Source: Priapulus caudatus (Eukaryota). From it: DNA of 20,000 nt. A program made the translations under genes and the position numbers. Shown in pieces: positions 1 through 11,130 of this stretch. The notes below the pieces were generated by a model. It was not told the origin of the DNA, did no database searches, and saw nothing but the letters and a program-made list of their open reading frames with translations. Location: contig NW_014577068.1 in NCBI RefSeq assembly GCF_000485595.1, forward strand, positions 611,570-631,569, given 5' to 3'. The stretch's first letter is position 1, and each line of letters starts with the position of its first letter.

Positions 1-245
1 TGGCCTGCCTGCTGCCTGCCTGCCTGCTTGCCTGCCTTGCTGCCATGCCTGCCTTCTATCTATCGCTATCTATCCATCTCATCCATCATCTAGTGATCCA
101 ACGCATCCCATTCCATTTCATCCACTCTCTAATTTATACCTCGCTCTCTCCCCCTCCCTGCTGTCTCCCCTTTCGTCCCTCCCCAACTCCCTCCATCTCT
201 GTCTATATATATGTACATTGATGTACATGTATATATATATATGTA
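1..245. repeat. Compound imperfect microsatellites (GCCT)n, (ATCY)n, CT-rich, (TA)n
   Basis: Directly visible. Confidence 0.85.
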
Positions 246-1045
246 TACTATTCCGGGTATTCCCCCTCTCTCTATTGGTCCGACGGGTATGGTGTGCAGT
301 TCTTGAGACAGGGACGTTGATGATGTTGTAAAGTGAACAGCTTTAAAAAAATGTTTACAATGATTAGGCCTATCTTTCCCGAATTGGCTTTGGCACGTTA
401 TAATATATATATTTATATATATATATACATATACATGATATACTTGCTCGGAGGAAAAACGCCTAGGAACAACTTTTAGTGCAAATTTAGCCCCATATAT
501 TTTCTTAATTCTATGGATAGGTTCGTAACGGAGAAACAAACAATAGTTCGTTTTTGTAGTAGATATATATATATATATATATGTATAAATATATATATTA
601 AACACGCGATATTTAAATTATGTAAATAAACGGTGTCTGGTTATAGTTATTACAATGTTCTGTACATGTGACGTGATGCGGTATGGTTCATGCACGTGTA
701 CAGTAACTGCAAAGTTGTAGACTTTGTACAGAGTTATATTGATATACTGATAGTTTAATACAGCTGTTTTAAATAATCTAAAGCAATGACTAGTGACTAC
801 TGAAAAGCATTCATATCGGCCGATTTAAGTACCAGTGACCATTTATGTCACCATGTACTATGTAGACAAGGCTGTTCCCGGGTTGTTCAAATTACCGTAT
901 ATCTACAGTATGTAATTTAGGTAAAGCTGCAGTAATGCTAATCAAACCATCGTGTATGAGGAGGATACCTAACACGTACCTTCAAAAGTTCAATGTCAAC
1001 CGGCTTTGATATGGTAGCGTTCAATGCGAGTGTTCAGATACATAC

Positions 1046-1247
1046 ATGTACAGAGTGACGGTAAATAGCGGATGTGGGATTGCACAAGAAGCGGGATTTC
1101 TTGCGGTTTAGCGTACTTTCATGTTTTTGATGGTAGCTGCTGCTTTGAGGTGCCGGTTGTACGCTCGTCACCTCCGCGGTGCGTGCGCGTGCCACAGCAG
1201 ATGTTGAATAGAGATAGGACATATGTATGGCCCCTCGTTTGTCACCC
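1046..1247 (-). CDS. Candidate exon of an unidentified minus-strand gene
   Basis: Acceptor ctcgttccctcag|, donor cat|gtatgt, and an open frame GDKRGAIHMSYLYSTSAVARARTAEV...RFLCNPTSAIYRHSVH. More GC-rich than its flanks. No family recognised. Confidence 0.3.
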
Positions 1248-1808
1248 CTGAGGGAACGAGCGGCACGCCTGCTACTGCCAGTACAGCTACTGACAATAGA
1301 CAGCGAGGCCCGTAATGTTACTTACTGTACAGGTACCGGCAGGTGCAGGGGCTAGCAGTTGTTAATTGAAATAGTCCAAAATGTACGCGAATAAGTAATT
1401 TCCTTGTAGAAGGACCCTGGCAAACTAGGCGGGGGGTTAGCCTCGCACTCATCTAGTTTTTAGGGGAGTCTGTGAATCCGTATCTTATTTTCTGAGCGGT
1501 ATTTGCACCGATGATGACTGTAGTCATGTGCAACGGGGATCAGAAGTAGACGAGGCTTTTGCTCGTACATTTACTACGATGCCTTTGCCAGTATAAACTG
1601 CAGAGCATTCGTAAGAGAGTAAACACAGTGTATACATGTTTTCATTCTGTCATAACTATTTTAGACTGAAGTTATTGTACTACGTGGCCTTTTATTTTTA
1701 ATAACCTTATATATTAGCCTTTTTTAAACAAAAAATTGTAATAAATAGTTTAAAGTTAATGATACTATTTTAAATCAAATGTAATACATTTTCTCACTGT
1801 GATATAAC

Positions 1809-1849
1809 CAGGAGTAAGATAATATAGGATCTATATTATCTTACTCCTG
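1809..1849. mobile_element. Tiny hairpin insertion, CA...TG ends, 7-bp target duplication
   Basis: Perfect 19-bp arms caggagtaagataatatag / ctatattatcttactcctg with a 3-nt loop, flanked by atataac at 1802-1808 and 1850-1856. Confidence 0.8.
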
Positions 1850-1953
1850 ATATAACGACTGTGATAATAGATGTGTAGTATATTAATGGAGTTTTACCAT
1901 AAAAAAAAAGAAAGTATGTACATAAATATATTATAGAACATCTACAGTACTAT

Positions 1954-2025
1954 CAAAGAGCTTATAATGATATATTATATAATCATATATATATATATAT
2001 ATATATAATCATTATAAGCTCTTTG
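1954..2025. mobile_element. Tiny hairpin insertion with (TA)n spacer, CA...TG ends, 7-bp target duplication
   Basis: Arms caaagagcttataatga / tcattataagctctttg, flanked by gtactat at 1947-1953 and 2026-2032. Confidence 0.8.
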
Positions 2026-2995
2026 GTACTATCTAGTAGTAGTGCATTGTTCTATACGATGGGTTTAAAATTTACCCATTTACTATTGACCAATCCTTCT
2101 ACGAAGAATATCTTGCCCGCTATAATTTCCTGCAGTTGTCTGTAGTTAATTTAATATTAAAATAATATGCCAAGATATATCATTGTAAATATTCTTCCGG
2201 ACTAAGGCGTGAAAAAATGTTGTTTTGCAACATAAAACGAAATATTTCTTCCCTCTAAGTTTAACGAATCATCGAAGCTTGTCAGTACGGAAGTCATGCT
2301 AAAATATTTCAGAAAAATTAGCTGAGAAATGGTGCGGTCTGTAAAAGTTTGCGTTAAGGCATGGTTCACCATGTTCACTCTGCTTCTAAGCTTTCTATTC
2401 GCAATCGTAAAATGTATTTGTCTTATTTGATCTGCATATAGACATCAAGATGCAGCACAGCATGCCATCGATTTTTTGGCAATCAAATGCCGACAGTAAG
2501 AAAAAAAGAAGATAAAGAAGATGTTTTTTACTTATAGTAGTCGGCGGTCTAGAATCTGCCTGGGGAGCGTGGTGTGTCGCGTGCGCTTCTGAGTGGGCTA
2601 TTTTCGTGGTTTCTAGGCCATAGTGACCCAGCTACTGTTTATTTACGTTGTCAGACAAGCTAGCGATCAGTAAACACAGTTGGAGTGGTATAGTCGTGTA
2701 GCGCTGGAGTGTTGCTCCTACTGGTGTCTCCACTTATACACTTATTTAATCACTTAGTGCTGTGAGTAAGCAGATGGATGTTGAATGTTTATGTATGGGG
2801 TTAGGGTGTTGTAAAAATTCTCTGGTATCTGGTCTCTCATCTGGGTTTAGCTTGTATGTAGCTCTGTCTTAGGATAACTTATGAAACTAGCCGTAATTGC
2901 GTCTGTTTTGTCAGGTGTAGAGGGCGTGTGCATAGGGCACCTATCCGCTTTGATGCACGTATGCAGACACACGTATGGTTGCCTATCCCGGATCC

Positions 2996-3155
2996 TGTGT
3001 GTACATGCGTGGGTGCGTGGGTGTGTGTGTGACTGTGTGCGCGCGTGTGTGTGTGCGTGCGTGCGTGCGTGCGTGTGTGTGCGTGTGTGCGTGGGTGCGT
3101 GTATCTGCGCGCTTGCTTGTGCGTGCATGCGTATGTGTTTGTGCGCCTGTTTGTG
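2996..3155. repeat. (GT)n/(GCGT)n microsatellite
   Basis: Directly visible. Confidence 0.9.
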
Positions 3156-3398
3156 CCAGTCTTTACAATATAAGAGACTTGTCATGTTTTAAAGACTCAC
3201 TGCTTCACATCTTTAGAAAGCAAAAGCTTGGCTGCAGACTGACTGTCGCGCATACACAGGCCTTCAGTGGGAGTTGCCCTGCTATACGTTGATAGTGAGT
3301 CATCGTTTCTACCCGCAGATACGAACAAGTCAGTGCCCTGTTTGAGGAAAAACAGTCAGGGGCTGTCTACATAATGAATATATTCTGTGATATATACG

Positions 3399-3399
3399 G

Positions 3400-3442
<43 letters not shown>

Positions 3443-3476
3443 ATGTGTGTGTGTGTGTGCGCGCGCGCTTGTGTGC
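3399..3476. repeat. (GTGC)n-(GT)n microsatellite
   Basis: Directly visible. Confidence 0.92.
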
Positions 3477-3655
3477 GAAAGAATATATTCATAATAATTG
3501 AAATACAAGTCAGTGGTACGTGGAATGTATACATGTATCGCCATTGCAATTGCAGACGCCATTGTAATAAATCGATAGTTCGATGTATTGTTACACTACG
3601 CACACCCCTACATGATCACTTGACAGTACACGCAATCGTTTTTACCGCTGCCGTA

Positions 3656-3960
3656 CTAACCGCTGCCGTAATAAGACCGACAGCAGCATCCGTAGTTCGC
3701 AGCTGTGCTCAGCAATAATGTGACTGGTGGGGGACAGTCTCGTGATGTCCTACTGTGGAGCGTGCTCCGGCTCCCGCGCTGTCTCCGCGTATACCCTGCA
3801 TCGGCTGTGTATTCCACACGTCGGCAGCGACGGTCGACGTTGAAGCCCACCACGCCGCGCGTGTACATGTGCCGCCGCCGTGCAACGCCTCGCAAAACTC
3901 GGATGTCGATATCGATTTTCGGCGCAAATTCGCGAGGATGCTGGCGGTGCGGCAGCAGAC
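3656..3960 (-). CDS. Candidate exon of an unidentified minus-strand gene
   Basis: GC/CpG-rich island. Acceptor ...cctcaccccgacacgcgcag| follows a (CT)n tract. The open frame LLPHRQHPREFAPKIDIDIRVLRGVARRRHMYTRGVVGFNVDRRCRRVEYTADAG... has GC-rich third positions. No family recognised. Confidence 0.35.
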
Positions 3961-3992
3961 CTGCGCGTGTCGGGGTGAGGCGGCGTGAGGCA

Positions 3993-4088
3993 GAGAGAGA
4001 GAGAGGGGGAGAGGGGGAGAGAGAGAGAGGGGGAGAGACAGCTAGGGAGAGAGAGAGGGGGAGAGAGCGCGGGGGAGAGAGAGCGCGG

Positions 4089-4122
<34 letters not shown>

Positions 4123-4133
4123 GAGAGCGAGAG
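3993..4133. repeat. (GA)n purine tract running into the gap
   Basis: Directly visible. Confidence 0.92.
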
Positions 4134-4994
4134 NNNNNNNNNNNNNNNNNNNNNNNNNNNNNNNNNNNNNNNNNNNNNNNNNNNNNNNNNNNNNNNNNNN
4201 NNNNNNNNNNNNNNNNNNNNNNNNNNNNNNNNNNNNNNNNNNNNNNNNNNNNNNNNNNNNNNNNNNNNNNNNNNNNNNNNNNNNNNNNNNNNNNNNNNNN
4301 NNNNNNNNNNNNNNNNNNNNNNNNNNNNNNNNNNNNNNNNNNNNNNNNNNNNNNNNNNNNNNNNNNNNNNNNNNNNNNNNNNNNNNNNNNNNNNNNNNNN
4401 NNNNNNNNNNNNNNNNNNNNNNNNNNNNNNNNNNNNNNNNNNNNNNNNNNNNNNNNNNNNNNNNNNNNNNNNNNNNNNNNNNNNNNNNNNNNNNNNNNNN
4501 NNNNNNNNNNNNNNNNNNNNNNNNNNNNNNNNNNNNNNNNNNNNNNNNNNNNNNNNNNNNNNNNNNNNNNNNNNNNNNNNNNNNNNNNNNNNNNNNNNNN
4601 NNNNNNNNNNNNNNNNNNNNNNNNNNNNNNNNNNNNNNNNNNNNNNNNNNNNNNNNNNNNNNNNNNNNNNNNNNNNNNNNNNNNNNNNNNNNNNNNNNNN
4701 NNNNNNNNNNNNNNNNNNNNNNNNNNNNNNNNNNNNNNNNNNNNNNNNNNNNNNNNNNNNNNNNNNNNNNNNNNNNNNNNNNNNNNNNNNNNNNNNNNNN
4801 NNNNNNNNNNNNNNNNNNNNNNNNNNNNNNNNNNNNNNNNNNNNNNNNNNNNNNNNNNNNNNNNNNNNNNNNNNNNNNNNNNNNNNNNNNNNNNNNNNNN
4901 NNNNNNNNNNNNNNNNNNNNNNNNNNNNNNNNNNNNNNNNNNNNNNNNNNNNNNNNNNNNNNNNNNNNNNNNNNNNNNNNNNNNNNNNNNNNNN
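4134..4994. other. Assembly gap (861 N)
   Basis: Run of N. Confidence 0.99.
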
Positions 4995-5056
4995 AATGGT
5001 AAATTTTAGCCTAACATGTTCTTAAAATCTATGTTCTTATACGCGGGTTTTTACTG
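4995..5056. mobile_element. One end of a Tc1/mariner/pogo-type MITE, truncated by the gap
   Basis: Ends ...cttatacgcgggtttttactg followed by TA (reverse strand TA-CAGTAAAAACCCGCGTATAAG), with a repeated tgttctta sub-terminal motif. The partner end is not visible. Confidence 0.5.
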
Positions 5057-5761
5057 TATGTTACGTGCACAGTGATTGGTCATGACCTGCTCGTACGGCG
5101 GGGGTGTCCGGTGCTACAAAACCATTGTTTTTTAATTCGAGATGGGATTAATTGGTTAAATTGCTCATTTCGCTTGGGGAAAGTTTATGGAGCGTGGGTT
5201 AGACGGGCCCACTGGTCAGTAATAATTCAGTAATCAAACTGTCTGGGGCATTGGGGGGCATTACCCTTCGCCGTAGGGAGCTGATCCGACGGTATCTATA
5301 TCACGTATCGTGTAGGTACCTAAAATATCATCTAAAAACACTGCGATTAATTAATATGCTACTAGATTACATTGTACGGTTCAGTTTTTCGGGGGTAGTC
5401 TAAGGACGGGATATAAGTCTTCCCGCTCCCCAGGCTCTACGGTTTAGTAGGTGCGCTAGTGGCACCCGTTTCTTAGTGGGGGTAGTAACAGGTTGCGTTG
5501 ACAGAGTCCACGATAGATAACACAGATAAGATAACACGAACACGGTATTTGCAAGCTACTCTTCAATTCGGTATTTGTAATATTCTCTTTACCACGGCTC
5601 CTTGTTCCTGCGCGTTTGGGGTCAACAAGTTGTCTAATGGCCCCAGTATCTCACACGCGCGACTTATATTGGTGTTATATTGGTGGCCTACGCCGTGCGG
5701 CCAAGCTGAAGCAGACTCACGGGAAATTATCAATGTGCGCGCTAAGTGTGGAGAAGCCGGC

Positions 5762-5808
5762 GCTTTCTTACACTTGCCGCTTTCCTACACTTGCCGCTTT
5801 CCTACACT
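5762..5808 (+). repeat. 17-bp tandem repeat, ~2.7 copies
   Basis: gctttc(c/t)tacacttgcc repeated. Confidence 0.85.
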
Positions 5809-5917
5809 AGTTGTTTTGAAGGTGGAGTAGGAAAAGGACCCCTGCGAAATTGAGGTTACGCGTAACAAAAAAATCATGTAATGGCGTACCACTACTGGTG
5901 TAGTCCCTTCGTTATCG

Positions 5918-5954
5918 CAGGGAGTCTATAATAAGCTCTATTATAGACTCCCTG
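5918..5954. mobile_element. Tiny hairpin insertion, CA...TG ends, 7-bp target duplication
   Basis: Perfect 16-bp arms cagggagtctataata / tattatagactccctg with a 5-nt loop, flanked by gttatcg at 5911-5917 and 5955-5961. Confidence 0.8.
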
Positions 5955-6627
5955 GTTATCGCTACAGATGCTCCCAGTAGCGGGAGCGAAGGGGCTCCAC
6001 CGGTAGAGCTACTGCTGCGGCTACCGTTGCGGTTGGTAATAATAGGGGTAGCTAGTAAAGGTGTAGCCCGATGCAACCCCGCATAGTCAGAGCTTCTGCT
6101 CGGTTACTATTGCAGACACAGAGGCCCACTATACGCAGGTTGAGCCCATCGTAGATCTGAGGCTAAACATTTGTAGGTTCGTGCAGTCCGTCCGTGGCCG
6201 TTCCTTAGCGCTTGCAGCGGCAATATTATATGCTTAGCGTGATAATGACAGGAGTATATATACGGTTAATGACTCAAGAAGTTTTTTATTATAAACCAGG
6301 AACCAATTTCGACGGTTTCCTCAGGTGCTGCCTGATAATTAAAAACCAGTTAGGTAACAGATTACGTGATTCATAGTCGAGGGGAAATATCTCAGGTTGG
6401 CAACGCTATATACACACATGAGTCATGCGCAACCCAGGTCGTGGTCTGTTGTTAAAATGGCTAGGCTGGTGGTGTGGCTATAGTACATTACCTGCGCTCC
6501 GAGTTGTATTCATGTAAGTTCAGCCAGCTTTTGGGCTAGGCCTCATCGTTTGTCGTGGAAAACACATTCATAAGGATAGGCAGTATCAATACAGATAAGA
6601 TGCTTCGTACACATTCAAACAAATTAA

Positions 6628-7357
6628 AGGGACAGTAGTCTCTAGGATTTTACTGCATACAACTGTACTTACTGTATAACAAATCGTCTATACCCACACG
6701 TATTTGTTACCAGATACCTAATTTAATTGTTATAATTAATTAAACACCATCAACGTAACGAAATTTGAAACGGCGCCATGTACACCCGCGACCGTGCTGA
6801 GCCACCCGCCGCCGAAAAAGTTGCGTATTTGAACAATTTAATTTTGCAACGTTACCCACTTTGGATGGCGCCGAGGTGCACTGTTGTAAATATAGCACAG
6901 CATGCGAGAAGTTGCAAGTATTATATTTATAGTGCTAAATCTAATCTTTAACCAAAGGATATCTGCCATTTGCTTAGGGCTTAATATTTTTTATCGATAA
7001 TTTATAATAATAATACTGAACATCGCGAGTGATTTGCGGTAATGTTCGGCGCCCTTTTGGAAACTACATGTCGTTTATAAAGAGATTACAATCCTTGTTG
7101 CTTTTAAAATGAATAAATAAGAAACCCCTCGGTCTGTAGGCCCTTGCTGGAAGTGGTTTTGGGCAGCAACTCTAATCAGATCGTGCGGCATGCGAGTGGC
7201 GCCACCGTCGTTGTAATCAAACTGTAGTTGTTAGTTTTAAAACATTTGTTTAGATAAAGTATTTCTAATGGTGATTGAACCATGAAACTTTTTATGTAGC
7301 GTAATTTTAACCTAAATTAACTGAAAATAACCCTAGAACCTAGAGTAAACGATCCCT
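6628..7357. mobile_element. Non-autonomous DNA transposon, Kolobok-like (730 bp)
   Basis: TTAA on both sides (6624-6627, 7358-7361). Imperfect TIRs: agggacagtagtctctagg versus the reverse complement of the right end, agggatcgtttactctagg. RR...YY termini with a TTAA TSD fit Kolobok rather than piggyBac. No ORF. Confidence 0.75.
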
Positions 7358-8339
7358 TTAACTATATTATATCTTCATAAAATTTCCGTCGCTAATTTGT
7401 TTTCTTACTTTTACACTACGTTGTTTACATTTTTAACACAGAGAAGCATGTGTTTGTATATATAGTTAATAGCTAAGCGATCAATTAAATTAGGAAAGTA
7501 CAAACGCAAGTAACCACATTTTACACAAAACGTTTGTGTAACACAAACACAAACTACTATTCAGTAGCACAATATATCTATCGCTAGCTTATCAACAATT
7601 GTTTATGTCATGTTTTCTTATTATTTGAAAATAATTAAATGATGCACAGTATAGCAGATTGGCATATTTTAAAAGTAGTGAATTAATTTGAATATAATAT
7701 TATAGCAACATTAATGATAACGTCTTATAAAAATTACACATAAATTAACATTCATAGGAGACCCGCCCGGGATGTCATTGCCAGTAGTTTGTGCAAACTT
7801 TCAGAGTAGAGTACTTATAGCACTAAATATTTTATGCTTAAAGTGATTACGTCACCGTCAATAGTAAAACAAAAAAAAACATTTCCACTTTTTCACAAAA
7901 TGTAAGTAATTCTGTTCAATTTCTATGGTTAAATTGCTGCATTATACTTCCTATTTTACTATATTGTTTGATGTAAACATACACTCGTGACTCATACATA
8001 GCCCATAGCAAGCAATTAATGTTAGGAGCATAATATCAAATCGTCCAGGTTTTTTTGATTTTTAACTAGTTGAGAAACAATCTTATCAGGTAAGAATTTG
8101 ACGATACATTTAGTCCGTTAGTACTTACTTTTAATGTAAAAAAATGGCAACAAAATTTTTACAAAATACACCATAGAAAATTCGCGACGTAGTCAATTTA
8201 ACGGCATATTAAGTCATTGGGTGTGTAGACCTGTCACCTCACTCAATCTCTCGCCGTTTGACACCTAATTTTATCACTTCACGTTTATTTGAAAAAAGAC
8301 CCGGTAATTGTTATCAAGAGCTCATAATAGAGAAGAGAG

Positions 8340-8444
8340 AAGAGTATGACACCGTTTTAACAGCGTTTTGCATAGTTTTGAACTTGTAAATATTCTATCA
8401 ATAAGTAAATAAATATATTCAAACTTTACCTTGTTTTCGTCTAT
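8340..8444 (+). repeat. 105-bp inverted repeat, copy 1 (partner 11026-11130)
   Basis: Reverse complement matches 11026-11130 with 4 mismatches and no gaps. Confidence 0.92.
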
Positions 8445-8602
8445 GATTCTCCCTTAATCATATGACACCACCAATTTACCTGAAAATCGTATGTGTTCTT
8501 CAAAAAAGTTCTTTGAATACGACACGGTTTCACACAGTTTTCCCAAATGTTCGCATCTATTCGGCGCAAGTGTATTATCGGATTAGTGTTCTATTGTCTA
8601 TG

Positions 8603-8808
8603 ACGGAACACTAGGGGCTGTTGGGGATATTAGGCATCGAATTGTATTCAGCGTGTAGCGTTTCCAGCGGGCTAGAAATAAATGTGTGCTCACGGCGAGC
8701 TAGCAGCTGATTTTAGCTGTGTTGCCATCGTGTTCCTGATGACAAGGAAGCGAAACAAGTGCTGTTACTGTGCTTACCTAATATCCCCAACAGCCCCCAG
8801 CGTTCCGT
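8603..8808. mobile_element. MITE with 32-bp inverted repeats
   Basis: acggaacactaggggctgttggggatattagg (8603-8634) versus cctaatatccccaacagcccccagcgttccgt (8777-8808), 2 mismatches. No clear TSD. Confidence 0.7.
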
Positions 8809-9020
8809 AGTTACAACCTGGTGCTGCCNNNNNNNNNNATCCAACATCACTTCCTCGTTACAATTGCACCATAATGTGAAATAAACTCGGAAGTGAAATC
8901 ATTTGTTTGTATTGTTTTGTTATTGAGTCGTTCCTGTACCTGTTCTTTGTGTAATCTTTATACTTATAGTTCAATTCTCAGACGCTATTGACTCTAACAT
9001 TTCACACGTACTCGTTATAG

Positions 9021-9172
9021 ATGAAAGAGAGACAGTACAGAAGAAGACCTTCACCAAATGGGTAACCTCCCATTTGGTGAGGGTCAATAGTCGAATTGGA
9101 GATTTATACGTGGACCTGCGTGACGGCAAACTGCTTATCAAGCTTCTAGAAATACTCTCGGGCGAGAGACTG
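9021..9172 (+). CDS. beta-Spec: Beta-spectrin coding exon 2 (start of CH1 actin-binding domain), 152 bp; missed by the ORF track
   Basis: ttatag|AT GAA AGA ... AGA CTG|gtgagt. With the phase-1 G from the ATG exon it reads [51 protein letters not shown], which contains the QKKTFTKW actinin-type actin-binding signature. Confidence 0.96.
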
Positions 9173-9425
9173 GTGAGTACACACTAGACTAGTGATGTCC
9201 GATGATCGATTATAATCGAAAGTCAGTCGTTTGCAGCAACCGAAAATAAATTTATTTTATTATGAAAATAAATAATCAATTATACAAAAAAAAAAAATTT
9301 TTTCCCCAATTTAAACATTTGCAAATATTGTATGAGGAAATGACTCTTTATTTTATTTTGGTGTGTTATTTTGGTTACTTTGCAGCTTGGAGACTTAAAT
9401 CTAACCTACACCAAACATAAGCAAG

Positions 9426-9546
9426 CATAATACTGTCACATAGCTCTGTCACATAATACTGTCACATAGCTCTGTCACATAATACTGTCACATAGCTCTG
9501 TCACATAATACTGTCACATAGCTCTGTCACATAATACTGTCACATA
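9426..9546 (+). repeat. Minisatellite, 26-bp unit of two alternating 13-mers
   Basis: (cataatactgtca catagctctgtca) x ~4.5, running into the N gap. Confidence 0.95.
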
Positions 9547-9575
9547 TNNNNNNNNNNTAAAGTTAAGTTTTATTT

Positions 9576-9577
<2 letters not shown>

Positions 9578-9644
<67 letters not shown>

Positions 9645-9924
9645 ATGCGTGCGTGCGCGCCGCGTGTGTGTTTGTGGTCCTGTGGATAGTAGGCCTACCT
9701 ATCGCTTCCATTTTTAAACCATTTGATAAGTTTGTTACGAAAATATTTTATGTTACCGATCTCTCTGCCACGACCAAGGGTTTGGCACGCAAACACACAC
9801 ACACACACACGCACCCGACACATACCCATAGGCGCACACACACGCACGCACGCGCGCGCACACACACACACGCACACGCACACGCACGCACGCACACACG
9901 CACAAACGCACAAACGCACGCACA

Positions 9925-9979
<55 letters not shown>
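9578..9979. repeat. Opposed (GT)n (9578-9670) and (CA)n-rich (9786-9979) microsatellites
   Basis: Directly visible. Confidence 0.92.
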
Positions 9980-9985
<6 letters not shown>

Positions 9986-10227
9986 CGTCTCTCACGAACT
10001 GGAGAGCGTAATAAATCTCACGGATTAGATGGTTGTCGTTGCCGTACAATCGCGCGCTCACACACGGCCGTGTCCTGGGTATAAACTATAATATAAGCAT
10101 CTCAGACCGCAGTGGTGGTCTGCGTCTCTGCGACAGGCGAGCAATCGGTTCGTTGTTGTTGGCGATGCATTCCTTCGTCCGTAGCGCCGGCCGGGAGACG
10201 GTCGCTCTCCGGTTGCTGCGCCGAGGG

Positions 10228-10298
10228 CTCTATACTAGCCTGCAACTCAAGTGTGATAGGCGGGCTTGTGAAAGGCGGGATTGAGATAGGCGGGGGTG
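10228..10298 (-). promoter_or_regulatory. Candidate promoter: three phased GC boxes and a TATA-like element
   Basis: Three 15-bp direct repeats, each with AGGCGGG (10254-10298). TATAGAG lies on the minus strand at 10234-10228, followed by CpG-rich sequence. Confidence 0.35.
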
Positions 10299-10661
10299 TT
10301 GCGAAACGCACACGCATTAGAGTGCAGTGTCGGCTAAACATGGCCGGGCGGTGGTGAATGCATGGAAGCGTTTTAGATGAATATGTTGCGAGTATGTAAA
10401 ATGTATGACACGAAAGATTGTGCTGTTTATAATTATTTAGCATTGTAATGAAAAAGAAGCCATCGGTTATATATGCTAATGCAATGTTCATGGCCATGTT
10501 ATAATTTGTCTTATTTAATTGAAATGCTGAATAGCAGTTAGTATCGAACTTCTACAGTAGCGATGTTGGGCACATTGTATGCTGTGGTATGTTTGGTATA
10601 CATAACTTCCCGAGAGATGGTTGAGAGTTGGCGATCGAATGAGTTTTTGAGGGTGATACTT

Positions 10662-10820
10662 ATGATGGTGAGGATGATGTTGATGATGCTGCTGATTAAT
10701 CTTCATGGTGATAACAAGGATGAGGATGGTGATGATATTGATGATAACGATGTTGATGCTGATGATGAGTATGGTGCTGTTTCTGCTGCTGCTGATGATG
10801 ATGAGGATGAGTTGATGGAT
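10662..10820. repeat. Imperfect (GAT)n low-complexity tract
   Basis: gat/gct/ggt triplet periodicity. Confidence 0.85.
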
Positions 10821-11025
10821 TACTCATGGTATTAGTGTTTAGAAATTACCCTCGTTGTGGACAATGGTACAAATGTATGTCAAAGTTACCTTTTGTGAGT
10901 TGCAGATGAACTTTTGTTGGTTGGGTGTGTGACTCCTGACATATTGATTAAAGTATGTGCACATCTGATGATGGTAGCAAAGTGGTGTGAGCATCTAAAA
11001 ATGGTCATTCGAGTTAAAGTTGTTA

Positions 11026-11130
11026 ATAGACGAAAACAAGGTAAAGTTTGAATATATTTATTCACATATTGATAGAATATTTACAAGTTGAAAACTATGC
11101 AAAACGTTGTTAAAACGGTGTCATACTCTT
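11026..11130 (-). repeat. 105-bp inverted repeat, copy 2 (partner 8340-8444)
   Basis: atagacgaaaacaaggtaaagtttg...cggtgtcatactctt is the reverse complement of 8340-8444, with 101/105 identical. Confidence 0.92.

Noticed and set aside
300..563. Minus-strand A|TCTACTAC... as a Helitron 5' end
   Set aside because: No convincing 3' hairpin plus CTRR terminus, and the region is low-complexity.
3938..3974. Plus-strand mini-exon MLAVRQQTCACR with phase-1 donor G|gtgagg as an alternative spectrin first exon
   Set aside because: Phase-compatible but only 12 codons with no spectrin similarity; easily chance, and the minus-strand reading looks more coding-like.
3705..5025. Long ORFs of 434 and 346 aa
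   Set aside because: Their length comes from (GA)n and 861 N.
10563..10835. Asp-rich ORF
   Set aside because: Product of an imperfect (GAT)n tract; no convincing exon context.
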